This document shows positions 12,181-24,809 of a stretch of 64,000 bases of DNA, in pieces. This stretch comes from Mobula birostris (Eukaryota): contig NC_092378.1 in the NCBI RefSeq assembly GCF_030028105.1, forward strand, positions 99,561,731 to 99,625,730. The letters are read 5' to 3'. Below the pieces are notes generated by a model. The model saw only the letters and a list, made by a program, of their open reading frames with translations, was not told the DNA's origin and searched no databases. Positions within the stretch are counted from its first letter, which is position 1. Each line of letters begins with the position of its first letter. The translations under genes were made by a program, and so were the position numbers.

Positions 12181-12575
12181 GGTTGAGCAGGTTCAGCTGA
12201 CGAGACTCTGCCCGCAGAGGGAACGCGGCTGCTGTCCGAACAAGGGAAATGGGCGGAGAGCAGAAGCGGAACCCACTGCCTTTCACTCTCAACGCGACTG
12301 CAAGGGAAAAAGTAGAATTTGTCAAGAGATACAATTGCTTGTCTTTTCATTATCAGAATTGAGTGGCGCAGATAAGACCCCGCTGGTGATCTAGGGAGGA
12401 GGGATTAATCTGTTTCCAGATTTTGTGTCCAAAACCGTTGATTTGTCCAGTATTAGACGAGGTGACGGGGAGACTCAAGGTGAATTTGGATTTTGTTCAG
12501 TAAAACATTTCAAAGGGGTATTAAGTACTGGAAGGGAATACTAGGAAAAGGGCGGGGTATCGGGATAGTTCAGCG

Positions 12576-12730
12576 TGCTGGAGGAACTCTGCAGGTTGAG
12601 CAGCACCTGTGAGCAGTCCTGAAGTCGGGTTTCGATCGACAGTTTCTTTCCTCTCACAGATGCTGCTCGACCTATTGAGTTCCTTCAGCAGGTTGTTCGT
12701 TGCTCCCGAATCCAGCATCGGCAGTCTCTT
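12576..12730. mobile_element. Degenerate palindromic PLE-terminus mini-element in sox8 intron 1
   Basis: Inverted arms tgctggaggaactc...gagcagcacctgtgag and ctcacagatgctgctc...gagttccttcagca. Confidence 0.7.
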
Positions 12731-12819
12731 GCGTCGCAGAGATCATCCAAGGTGGTTCGATTAGGGTGGTGAGTCCCCCAGGCTCGCACTGACTCTCTGC
12801 TCGTGTCTCCCTTTGACAG

Positions 12820-13061
12820 CCTGCTGAGCGAAAGTGAAAAGCGTCCCTTCGTGGAAGAGGCCGAGCGCCTGCGGGTACAGCACAAGAAGGACCACCCCGA
12901 TTACAAGTACCAGCCCCGCCGCAGGAAGAGCGTGAAGAACGGGCCGCCCGACTCCGAACAGGGCGCTGAGCAGAGCCAGCTGGCCGTCGGCCAGGTGTAC
13001 AAGGACGGCCTGTCGGCAGGGAGGGGAGTCTCCGACGGCCACCACCCGCCAGAGCACACAG
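12820..13061 (+). CDS. sox8: Sox8 coding exon 2 (C-terminal HMG box)
   Basis: Acceptor ctccctttgacag|c; [37 protein letters not shown]...HPPEHT; donor acag|gtgagg (phase 1). Confidence 0.95.
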
Positions 13062-14362
13062 GTGAGGCGCAGGGCGCTTGTGAGTGGGAAGTCGATGAAG
13101 AGAGCGAGGGTAATACCGCCAGTCTGGGGACAAAGCGGAGTCACCCCGTTCATTCTGTATCAACCGAACCTATAACTAGATTACTGGCGGGACACCATTC
13201 ATTTTGCCCACATACTTGTACTGAAGAACCCCTAGATCTGTCACAATACAACGTAGTCTAAGCTCAGAGATAAAAGTGTCTAATCATCATTCAAGTTGGC
13301 CACAATATCGGGTTGGGTTGAGGAGCCTCTGCCGTTCTGTTTACCACAAAGAGATAATATTTCTTCTCATCCACGTTAAAATAAAATCTCAAAATTTTAC
13401 AGGTACTCGGACGGTCAGTCACATCCGTAAAAAGAGAGACGGAGTTAATGTTTCATGTCGAACACCCTTTTATTTTAATTTTCTAGTGAAAACATTAAAC
13501 TTCCTTCTTTTTCTCATACTGTCACAAGGACACGCTTTCAATTCACGATACATTCGGCCCTTGGGACAAGCTTGGGTCAAAGACAGAGATAATATGGACC
13601 GTCCAATTTATTTAAATGTGTGCACAAAACAGAGCGGTTAATACGGTTTGGATTGTTTTTAGTTGCATTTTAACCACTTCACAGAATTGTTGAAAGTTTT
13701 GAACAGCTGGCAAAGAGCTCTGCTGGGCGATTAGCAGTGTCCAGATTGTCTTCCTAACGGCAGGGGAGGTTAAAAGAGTCAATAATGTGTTTTATAAAAT
13801 GAATACGGTAGTTTCAATTGGCAAGAGAGCCGGGTAACCAGAGGGATGTAGAACAGTGAGAATGATTTTTCCCACTGCTTTCACATTCTGCAACGGCCTA
13901 CCCCAAGAGACAGTGGGAACAGTTTCATCAGCAGGCTAGCGCCCAGGTACCAGTGGACACCACCAGTGACAGCCTCTCAAACACTTCCTCTCTGCTTTGT
14001 CTGGGCAGATGAGTGCTGTTTGGATTAATGTTTTGAATTTATGTTATAACACACGTAGGGAAAGATGTACAATCATACCTACTTTATGTCATGTATATTT
14101 TTAAAGAAATATATAACAAATCAGTTTCAGCACCAAATTTTGAAGGGAATTTCAGAGAGACTGGAAAGGAAAGTTGGTGGAAATGCAGTGTCAGGGTAGA
14201 GATGCAGGATGGAGTGACTGACCAGGACAGGTTCAATGATCAGGGACCTCCCTCTGTTTTGTGTGATTTTAAGAGCTAGCTTCTCTTCCTGTGGCTGTAG
14301 TGTAATTGTTTGCTCTGTTTCTGACTTCTGTAGTAAAGGCCTGTCCTTTTGTTCTTAACCAG

Positions 14363-15087
14363 GCCATGCACAAGGGCCCCCAACACCACCCACCACACCC
14401 AAAACTGACCTTCATGTGGGGAAGCATGAGCTGAAGAGGGAGGGGCGTTCCATAGCGGAGAACGGCCGCCAGAACATTGACTTCAGCAACGTGGACATCA
14501 GCGAGCTGAGCAGTGAGGTCATCAACAACATGGAGACCTTTGACGTCCATGAGTTTGACCAATACCTACCACTGAATGGCCACACGGTGCCCTTCTCCTC
14601 TGACCATAGCCATGGACTGAACACGGCCGGCTCATACAGTGCTTCCTACCTAACCAGCAGCGCAGCCCAGGTCATCTGGAATCATAAGAGCGCCTCATCT
14701 TCATCATCCTCTTCATCAGTCGCCAGTGAACCAAGTCAGCATAGGCCGCACATTAAGACAGAACAGCTGAGCCCAAGCCACTACAATGACCAGCATCATG
14801 GCTCTTCACCTCAAGCTGATTATAGTTCCTACAGTAATCAGGGTTGCAGTCCTGTCAGTGCTACTGCTACTGCCTTTTCTGGCTCCCAGTGTGACTATTC
14901 TGATGTCCAAGGCCCCAATTACTACAACCCTTATTCTGGATACCCATCACCCATCTATCAATATCCTTATTTTCATTCATCTCGCCGTCCTTATGCATCA
15001 TCCCTCCTGAATAGTCTGTCCATTCCTCCAGCCCACAGCCCAACCAACTGGGATCAGCCAGTCTACACAACCCTGACTAGGCCATAG
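14363..15087 (+). CDS. sox8: Sox8 coding exon 3 (K2/TAM and C-terminal transactivation domain)
   Basis: Acceptor ttgttcttaaccag|gc; GHAQGPPTPPTTPKTD...QNIDFSNVDISELSSEVI...FDVHEFDQYLP...IKTEQ...SRRPY...WDQPVYTTLTRP-stop. The spliced CDS is 422+242+725=1389 nt (462 aa). LLSES, NIDFSNVDISELS and the C-terminus favour Sox8 over Sox9 or Sox10. Confidence 0.95.
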
Positions 15088-16300
15088 GAAGTTGTTATTT
15101 CCCAGGATAAATATTAGGTGGGGGGTGGGTTTGGAAAAACGTGATCTCAAGATCCCTTGAGGCTTACCCAGTCTTCCGTGGCGTTATGCACTAATGAAAG
15201 ACTGACCGAGTAGAGCACAGTGCCATTCCAGTTTAAGTGCCTGCTGATCTGAAAATGCCAAATCTGACCAATGACTGCCATCAGTGACATGGTTCTCTGT
15301 AAAAGGAGCACAAAGAATTTGGTCTGTGCTGATTTCCAGCATGAAGATGGAGAAAAATTAAAACCTCTGAAATCCTCTGTGAGGACAAAGTACTTTTGAA
15401 TGAAATAGGTCAGATTCCGTAAATCTTTATTCTTCCCCTGGTTGATTTATTTTCTAATTTCATGAAAAGAAGTGTTGAGGGTATCTACATTTTTGAAACG
15501 TGTTGTTTCTGAAACTTAGTTTTTGAAGTGTGTATTTATCTTATGTATTTTAACTTTTTATTACTTGGAACAATTCAAGCATAAAAAAAGACTTTCTCTT
15601 GTGGGATCAAGAAATTATGTGGAAATGGAAATAGTGTCTTAAAGTAAAATAAATCAGTTGACTTATTTCCCATGGGTTTGGGAGGTAGTATTTTTGATTG
15701 ACATGCCAACTGTTTTCTAAATCAGAGTGAAAACCATATCTTACTAAGTACGTTACATGCTTTGAAATCAAGTCTTTATCACAGTTTCTGGATATAATGG
15801 TAAGTTTTCTAACAAAAGTTTCAGAAGTTTGTTCCTTGGCAACTCAGACTATTGGGGACCACATATTTTAGCCAACAAGCTGTGAATCTTTTAATTCTCC
15901 ACTATAATAAATCTGACCCCATATTAACAAATGCTGTCAATGAATAGTGTAGCCTAATGCCTTCTTTTATTCTCCAATTTCAATTGTATGCTGAGCATAT
16001 AAACTTGTTTTCCATTTAAATGCTAATTTGTGCCTTAATGTTTGCAAGAGTAAAAAGATTTATGTTAATTTTTACTTCTATTTTTGGAAAAAAAATGTTT
16101 GTTTTTGAAAAAAAGATATTCTTGGCAAATTCTTTTTGCAAACTGTTTACTGTATAAAGTTTGAGAAATCAATTGTAACTTAACCATTCTGTTTGTACTA
16201 GTTTTCTGTTAGAGGAATGCAGAATAATTTCTGACTAAGCAATGTTAACTTTTGTACAGATCAAATGTCAAGATTAAAAACAAAGCTTTTTACTGTATTT
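15088..16300 (+). other. sox8: Probable sox8 3' UTR with candidate poly(A) signals
   Basis: AU-rich and repeat-free. AATAAA at 15648-15653 and 15906-15911; ATTAAA at 16273-16278 followed by T/GT-rich sequence. The true end is unknown. Confidence 0.55.
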
Positions 16301-16384
16301 CGGTGCATCTAATTTTAAGAGAAAGAGTTCATGTAGAATTATTTGATAGATTTGTTGAATAATAACTAGTGAAGGCATATTCGT

Positions 16385-16640
16385 ACAACATAGAAACAGT
16401 CCCTTCAGACCACCATGTCCACAATAACCATCAACTACACACTTACACTAATCCTATTTGCAATTTGGTGTGTGAGTTTCTATGCCTTGGTAATAATTCA
16501 TGCCTGTATCTAGATATTTCTTAAATAGTGTGAGAATCACAGACTCCACCACCCCCTCAGCTGCTCCATATTGCCACCACCTTCTCGGTGAAAAAATCTT
16601 CCTCAAATCCTCTCCAAACTTCTTACTCTCACTCTAAACC
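16385..16640 (-). mobile_element. Degenerate CR1 3'-end fragment
   Basis: ccaccaccttctcggtgaaaaaatcttcctc resembles the CR1 C-terminal region at ~470-500; tail-like catagaaacag. Confidence 0.55.
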
Positions 16641-18060
16641 AGGGCCATTAAATTTGGAATGAAGTAGTGAATAATTATCCCAAACATAACTTTCTGGTTC
16701 TACTATGTACACTGGTGGTTAAATATAGGATGTTGTTTTTGTTGGAGCCCCATTGGATCATTTCTAATTTGGCCAGGGTCATGTTGATTTCATAAGGCTA
16801 TAAGAAGGCATTTTCTTAAACAAGAAAATCTTCAGCAATAGTTTGACATAGTTCACTTAATGTTTTTGGTTTTGGAAGAACATGAAAAATGGTCAAACAA
16901 ATTTGTTTGTCTTTGCTTTTGGAAGAAAGACAGGGCTGATATCAACAAAGCACCAATCACGACATTGAGATGCTTCACATTCACTTAAATATCTTTGTGT
17001 TGTAATCACCGAATATTTGTATCTTTTTTAAAGGGGTAGATACTTTTCTCTTCATTAATCTATATTTTTAAAAATATAATAACTTTAGAAATAGTCATAT
17101 TATTCTTTCTGAAATCAGTTCTAGCATCTTTGTTCCATCTTTGTTGGTTGCATCCACTAGACATGGAGCTGATGTATACAAGTAGATTCACACAGTTTGC
17201 TCATTGTGAGTTACAGGCTCACAATATTTTTGTAACAGTTAGTGTTTTACTAGCAAAAGCTTATGGAGAACATGTTAAAGGAACTACATGTGACTGTAAC
17301 ACACGCCAATTTTCAATACATAATCTGAAGAAAGTTAAAAGATTCATGTTTAAAACATCTGTCTCAGGGTGACCCATTTACAGTCCATTTGTTATTTTTG
17401 GTGTAGCTGCTAGTTCAATGTAGGAAATATGGCACTAACTTTTGCACACAGAAATATTCTATAATGAGTGTGATAATAATAAAATGCAATTCTTAATGGT
17501 AGATGAGTATTAAATATTGAGAATTTCCTGCAATTCTTTAGATTTGTACATTGTATATTTTATTTTCAACTGACCACACAGAAAATGCTTCAGTTTTATA
17601 ATTTAAGGAAAATATCTCAGAAATTTGTGGATTTCTATAGATTTCTGCATTCAGTGAATCAAAAAATGTAGCTTTAATTATCACTTATGGTTTCCTTTAT
17701 GATCAACAAACTGAACCTTAATCCTTTAAGCAATCAGGTTTGCCAACAGTTCTCAGACCATCAGTAAAATGGTCTCTGATTAATCTGATTCAACATCCAA
17801 TGCCAAATGTACGAAAGAGTGGTGTTATTTCAACAACGGGCAATGTTGTGAATTGTTAAAAACAATACTTGAATTAAGTATTCATTTCAGAATATTGCTC
17901 TATTTGAAGTTGCATCCAGAATAGAAATAACCAAGTTTTTACCAATAGACTCAAAGTTATTTTGAAATTGATGAAGATATTGTTGAATTTTAAGGATTCA
18001 ATTCAACTAAATAAAGCAGGCATCTACCTTTTCCAGTTATACCCTTCCACTGTTATTATT

Positions 18061-18229
18061 GTGTCAGCTGGTGGTGTGGTGGCATTAGCACTGGACTTTG
18101 AGGCAAATGGTCCTGGGCTTGAATCCGGCCATCTCCTTGCATGTTTTCCATCTGTGCTGGGTCATAAATGCTAAGGAAATGGTTAACATGCCACCTGATG
18201 CGCCACAAGGTGTGAAAAGAAACAACTGT
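18061..18229 (+). mobile_element. Short tRNA-derived SINE with 10-bp TSD
   Basis: A-box-like tggtgtggtgg and B-box-like ggcttgaatcc; direct repeat tgttattatt at 18051-18060 and 18230-18239. Confidence 0.65.
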
Positions 18230-18669
18230 TGTTATTATTAGATCATCTTTCCTTCACAAACTGTGTCTCTTAATCATTCCCTCTCTTCCCAAAAAGCATG
18301 ATCATAAGTCACCTCTGTAAAGTTGCCTCTGCCTATTCAAGATACTTCCTTCATTCTTGTGAATACTCAATTCCAGGTCTACTTTCCTGAAACTCCCTTC
18401 CTGAATCTTTGATTTTTACCTTATTTGCTACACTCCAGCCTCACCATGTCATTATCACTTAAATCATGCCATTGCCATTTTCATTACCCCCTCCTTCCAT
18501 ATTTCTTCTCTATTCCACCTTGACTGGGAATAGTCTGAATTTCTTTGAGACCTATTTGTCTCAACCCCATTGGCACAGATTGTGCAATGGTTTCCCCTGT
18601 GCTCCCATCGCTGCAGTAGACCATGGGACAATTTGTAGCTTCCTTAACATTGTCCTGTCATAGACATGA

Positions 18670-19010
18670 AGAGTATAGAAATGGAGGCTTCAGCTCATCG
18701 AGCCTGCATCAACCATTAACCACCCATTTTACACTAATCCTAAATTAATCTATTTTTATTCTCCCATGTTCTCATCACCTCCCTCTCCCACACTCCATAT
18801 TCTGCCACTCACCTACAGCATTAAGGGAATTTTACAGTTGCTAATTAATTTACAAAACTGCATCCCACGTCTTTGGGAGTAAACTGGAACACCCAGAGGA
18901 AATCTATGTGGCTACAGGGAGAACATGCAAACTCCATATGGACAGCGTCTGAGATCAGGATTGAACCAGTGCCTCCAGCACTGTGAAGCAGCAGCTCTTC
19001 TGTTGCACTC
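18670..19010 (-). mobile_element. V-SINE-like element
   Basis: Reverse-complement V-domain (ggaacacccagaggaaatctatgtggctacagggagaacatgcaaactcc), then B-box (caggattgaacc); CR1-like tail at left. Confidence 0.7.
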
Positions 19011-20334
19011 TATCAGGTGCCTAATACAACCAATCATTGGCCCAGTCACCACTTCTGTCAATTTAACATTACAATAATTGAAACTACCTGATCTGCTTTT
19101 TGCCAGGAGTCTTGAAATCTTGAACTTCTGTAAGGCCCTAATATATTATTAGAAAAAATATGTTTCCCTTAAGTCACGTATGAAGGTAGTGAGCTGGCTG
19201 ACAAGAAAAAAACATGGTTAAAGAGGTAAAATTTAAGGAAATTTTTAAAAGAAGGAGGGAGATCTGGAAAGGTTTTGAGGTGGATTTGTGAAGAGATGAT
19301 CTTGAATGGTGGAGCAATGGAATTTTGGGATGTGGAAGAGACCAGAATTGCAAAAGCTAAGAGATCTCACAGGATTATAGACTTGAAGGAGACCTCATAG
19401 AGAGAGAGGGCTAGCTTTAATGGGACTTGAAAGCCAAAATTATATTTTAAAATGAATGGAAAGAATATTCTCAAACCAACTTGGCATGGCATGCGGTAGA
19501 ACTCCAGTGTGGCATCCAGTAAAATGCCCCAGGGTATCCCATCTGCAACCAATTTCAATGCAGGGACAATGTGAATGTGGTCTCCCAGACTCTCAATACA
19601 TATAAAATTTAACCACTGAGACAGAGACAGTGTGTTACTTAAGCATACTTGTTCTTGTATAATTAGGTTTACCAACCCTCCCAGATTGTCAGGGAGAATT
19701 AAATAGAATCTCCAGGAGTCTGTTGAGAGCATCCCAGGAGATAACATATTGCCAGCATGGGGAGTTTCTTCACAGTCATTTCTCAGACTAAATCAGGCCA
19801 AACAATGCTAGTGTAAACTCTGAACCAGCAATGTTCACAGATTTGAAGGGGATCAAGCTTCCACATCTAAAACACGCAGGAGAGCAGCTGTGCAGATATG
19901 CCTCTTTCAAGATAAATCCACTTTCTACTCTGGAGAGGGGTGACACATGGAGGGGGGGGGGTTAATACTGCAGCAGAGGTTTGTAGATGAGTGACGGGTC
20001 TGTGTGCAAGAGAGAGAAGTGACACTGTCCACTGGCAAAACCTGAAATTATTGTGTGAAGCCAAAGTCTAATTAAAAATGAAGGCTGTGCAGGGAAGTCA
20101 TATACATTTGGGTCCCTCTTCCACAGAAGAGCCCTGCCCATTTGGAACCTCTTCTCTCATGAACCTTTCCCATATTGGGACCCCTTCACACTCAGGAGCC
20201 TTTCATGCACTGAACCCTATGCTTCCCATGAACCCCTCCAAACCTGGCACCATCCCAGCTGGGCCCTGTTTGGAGGTCAGTCATTAATGTGCATTTTACT
20301 CAGAGATATGTTATGTCAGACATAACTTAGATCA

Positions 20335-22170
20335 TAATCCATAAGATCATAAGGCATAGGAGCAGAATTAGGCTATTTGGCCCATTGAGTCTGGTCCACT
20401 ATTTCATCATGGCTGATCTATTTTCCTCTCAACCCCAACGCCTGCCTTCTCCCTGTAACCTTTCATGGCCTGACCAATCAAGAACCTACCAACCTCTGCC
20501 TTAAATACACTCAATGACCTGGACTCCACATCCACCTGGCTAAAGAAACTCCTCCTCAGCTCCATTCTAAATCGATGTCCCTTTATTCTGAGGTTGTGCA
20601 CTCTGGTCTTAGACTCCGTAACCATAGGAAACATCCTCTCCACATCCACTCTATCAAGTCCTTTCAAATTCAATAGATTTCAATGAGATCCCCTCTTATT
20701 CTTCTAAATTCCAGTGAGTACAGGCCCAGAGCCATCAAACGCTCATTATATGACAAGCCTTTCAAACCCGGAATCATTTTTCATGAACCTCTTTTGAACT
20801 CTTTCCAATGTCAGCATATCCTTTCTTAGACAAGGGGCCCAAAACTGCTCACAATACTCTAAGGGAGGCAGTTTTGAGGCCTCACCATGCCTTATAAAGC
20901 CTCAACATTGTTTTTATATTCTAGTCCTCTCGAAATTAATGCTAACATTGCATTGACCTTTATCACCACCAACTCAAACTGTAAGTTAACCTTTAGGGAA
21001 TCCTGCACAAGGACTCTCAAGACCCTTTGTGACTCGGATTTTTAAATTTTCTCTACATTTAGAAAATTGTCTATGCTTTTACTTCTACCAAAGTGCATAA
21101 TCAAACACTACCCAACTCTATATTCCATCTGCCATTTCTTTACCCATTCTCCTAATCTGTCCAAGTCCTTCTGCAGCCTTCTTGCTTCCTCAACACTACC
21201 TGCCCTACCAGCTATCTTTGTATTGTCCGCAAACCTGGCCACAAAGCCATCAATTCTGTCATTCAGATCATCGACATACAATGTAAAAGGAAGTGGTTCC
21301 AACACCAACTCCTGAAGAACACCACTAGTAACTGGAAGTCAATCAGAAATGGCTTCCTTTATTCCCACTCTCTACCTTCTGCCAATTAGTCAATGCTCTG
21401 TCCCTGCTAGTATCTTAACCTGCAATACCATGGGCTCTTGTCTTGATAAACAACCTCAAGTGTGTCACCTTTACAAAGGCCTTCTGAAAATCCAAATATG
21501 CAACATCCACTGATTCTCCTTTGTCTATCCTTCTTGTTATTTTCTCAAAGATTTCCAACAGGTTTATCAGGAAAGATGTTTCCTTAAAACCATTCTGACT
21601 TTGGCCTATTTTATCTTGTGCCACCAAGTACCCCGAAATTTCATTCTTATCAATCAACTTCAATATTTTCTCTACCAATGAGGTCAGCATAACTAGTCTT
21701 TATTTTTTCCTTCTTCTGCATCCCTTCCATCCTGAAAATTGGAGTGACATTTGCAATTTTTCATTCCCCTGGAACCATGCCAGAATCTATTGATTCTTGA
21801 AAGATCAATACTAATGCCCCCACAATCTCTTTGGTTACCTCTTTCAGAACCCTGGGAGGTGGTCCAACTGGTCTGGAAGGATATCCACCTTCAGACCTTT
21901 CAGCTTCTCAAGCACCTTCTCCCTAGTGATAGTATCTGCACTTTCTAATCCCCCCTGACATTCTCAAACTTCTGGATACTGCCAGTGTCTTCTACAGTGA
22001 AGACTGATGCCATTTGTCCACCATTTCATTGTTCCCACTACTGCCTCTCCACGGTCCAAAACCTCCTCTTGCCTTTCTTTATTCTTTATATAAGTGAAAA
22101 AACTTTTGGTATCCTCTTTAATATTATTGGCTTCAAATTTCATCTTTTCCCTCCTTATGGCCTCATTTAA
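20335..22170 (-). mobile_element. Degraded CR1 LINE (RT pseudogene)
   Basis: ORF fragments 20407-20673, 21108-21308 (RFADN), 21415-21690 (YLDFQKAF) and 21964-22188 are collinear with 338-2782 but frameshifted. Confidence 0.9.
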
Positions 22171-22244
22171 TTGAAAACAAGATGTCATGGATGAAACTTC
22201 CCAGAATAGATCCAGACTGTCTATATATAGTTAATATTACCATC

Positions 22245-22515
22245 TCAAGATGTCCAAAGTGTCTTCCAGCCCATGACTTGCAGTCACTTCTGGCGTATTA
22301 CACTTGAGAAATGTGATCACCATTCTGAACTCAGCAAAGTCCAATATGCTAGTCAAACTTGAAGTATTAACTGAGGGATAAATATTGGTCTCAAAATCAA
22401 CAAGAATGCTCTCATTTCTTCTAAGTAGATCCATGAGAAGTTTACATCTGACAGAAAAGGTTGCTTTTCATTTGAAAGATGATGGTGTAGCACTCCTTCT
22501 TTACTACACTGAATT
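22245..22515 (-). mobile_element. Degenerate Deu-domain SINE (SacSINE1/AmnSINE-like); similar remnants at ~17390-17620 and ~55790-55980
   Basis: gagggataaatattgg...gtagcactccttctttactacactga resembles the reverse-complement DeuSINE core as I recall it; not aligned computationally. Confidence 0.45.
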
Positions 22516-23387
22516 ATTAAAACTCAAAATAATATGAGAATGGTAAACTGGTTCTTTAACACCACTAGTATTTACAACTGGCAGAAGACCAAGCAAGTTT
22601 ATTTTATGGGGCGATACATAGTATATACAGAAGTTTACTTTAATGTAATTCAGGCTATTATTTGTTGAAAAGGTTACCATAGTAGCTGTGATTTACTGAA
22701 TTGAGTAAGGCCATGTACAGGCAGAATTGTGCTAATCAATTCAATGAATAGTGAATTTTGATCAAGGTGTCGGTGTGAAAGTGCACCATATTTTTAGCAC
22801 ATGCTTAATTTTTACATTACATTAAATATTGTTGGATATATTTAAAGTTTGCTAAAGAGCTTGACAGTACTGTATATGTAATATAGATACTTTGAACAAA
22901 AATGATGATTGCAATGTATTGAAACTTTGCAACATTAAAATGATACATATTCTGCAATATCATATTCACAAGATTTTACTATATTATTAGAACAAGAAAT
23001 ATTTTCATTCATATAGCAGCTATCCAAAGTTCTTCATAGTTACTGAAATACGTGCATTCACCACTGTTATCTCCTTCCACTGGTGGAATGCTATGTATCA
23101 TTCCCAGCCCAAAACAGAACAAGCTACTACCAGAGTCAAACATTTCTCCTTTCTTTTGTTCCTTCCCAGATAACTAAATAGCCCGTAGGAAACAAGTCTT
23201 CCATTATCATATATTCACTTTATGTTTTTCAGTTACAAAGATTTACATCCTCTCCCCTGTGATAAATTTAAAACAATACTTGTAATTTCCCAAATCTTCT
23301 CCATCTTCAAGACATTTCAAAGGTTGTTAAAGCTGATAAGGTATTTTTCCAAGTTTAGGCTATTTACTAAATGCTTGGATTTGCTAT

Positions 23388-23770
23388 TTCAGAATCAGAA
23401 TCAGAACCAGATTTATTATCACTGGTGTATGTCGTGAACTTCGTTGTTTTGCAGCATCAGTACAATGCAATACATAATAATAACAATAAACTATAAATTA
23501 CAAAAAGAAGTATATATAAAATAAATTAAATAATTAAGGCAAAAAAAGAGAGGAAAATAGTGAGGTAAGGTTTATGGGTTTGTTGACCATTCAGAAATCT
23601 GAAGGCGGAGGGGAAGGAGCTGTTCCTGAACTGCTGAGTGTGTGCCTTCAGGTTCCCGTCCCTCCTCCCTGATGGTAACAGTGAGAAGAGAGTATGGTAT
23701 GGGGTGATGGGGGTCCTTCACAATGGATGACACCTTTTTGAGGTGCCTTTTGATACTGTCCTCGATGCTC
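23388..23770 (-). mobile_element. Rex1/Babar LINE 3' fragment
   Basis: (TCAGAA)n tail at 23389-23406 and C-terminal coding region homologous to 38962-39280. Confidence 0.75.
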
Positions 23771-24809
23771 GCTGCATTACATCTCCCGTTTAAATCAAGT
23801 TTTGAAGTTCATTTGGTTCAGCATGGTACACTACAAAGGGAAGCAACATTTTTACAATCTTCTGAACATATTTTGCAAAAGGACAATTTAATCACATTAA
23901 AGGTTTCCTGTTGAAGGTCTCATTAAAGTAAGGCACTCCATCTAGTGGTGCAACTGGGAACATTATTAAGCCGCAGCAGCTCATGAAATAATACTTCACA
24001 GTAATATGAGCGTCAGTACCTGTGTTGTTTTATGGTGTAATAGCCTCCTTTGCAGCTACAACTTCTGGACCTGATTACTACTTGTCTCCACTATAACCTC
24101 TCACTCTTCATAAACTTAACTTGCTGGCCCTAACTGCTGGCACGCTGATGATTTTCCTTTGACATAAAATATAACCTGCTCCAGCCCTAACATTGTTCAG
24201 TGTGAGGTTCATCCTTCCATTTGGTTCAATTCATTGGTCCATCAATCAATAATTTCTGACGGAAGCTTAAGTCCAGCACGTAAGTGCCATTATGAAGAAA
24301 GCACAGCAGTGCGTCTACTCCCTTAGAAGTTTGCGACAATTTGGCATGACATCTAAACCTTTGACAAACTTCTATAGATTTGTGGTGGACAGTACATTAA
24401 CTGGTTGCATCACAGCCTGGTAGGGAAACACTAATGCCCTTGAACGGAAAATCCTACAAAAAATAGTGGATATGGCCCAGTCCATTATGGGTAAAGACCA
24501 CCCAATCATTGAGCACATCTGTGTAGAGGCACTATTGCAGCAAAGCCGCACCCATCATCAAGGACCCCAACCATCCAGGCCATGCTCTCTTCTCACTGCT
24601 GCCATCAGGAAGAAGATACAGGAACCTCAGGACCCACGCCACCCGGTTCAGGAACAGTTACTACCCCTCCACCATCAGCCCCTTGAACCAGAAGATAAAA
24701 CTTCACTCACCCCATCACTGAACTGTTCCCAAAACCTATGGACTCACTTTCAAGGACTCTTCATCTTATGTTCTCGATATTTATTGCTTATTTATTATTA
24801 TTATTGTAT

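Noticed and set aside
10867-13163. Antisense ORFs over sox8 exons (10867-11334, 12672-13163, 12761-13153)
   Set aside because: Shadows of GC-rich coding sequence with no independent homology.
13062-13261. Continuation of the exon 2 ORF (EAQGACEW...)
   Set aside because: Intronic read-through past a canonical donor; SoxE homology resumes at 14363.
10951-15087. Calling the gene sox9 or sox10
   Set aside because: The MLNMTE start, FPAC, LLSES, NIDFSNVDISELS and WDQPVYTTLTRP are Sox8-type.
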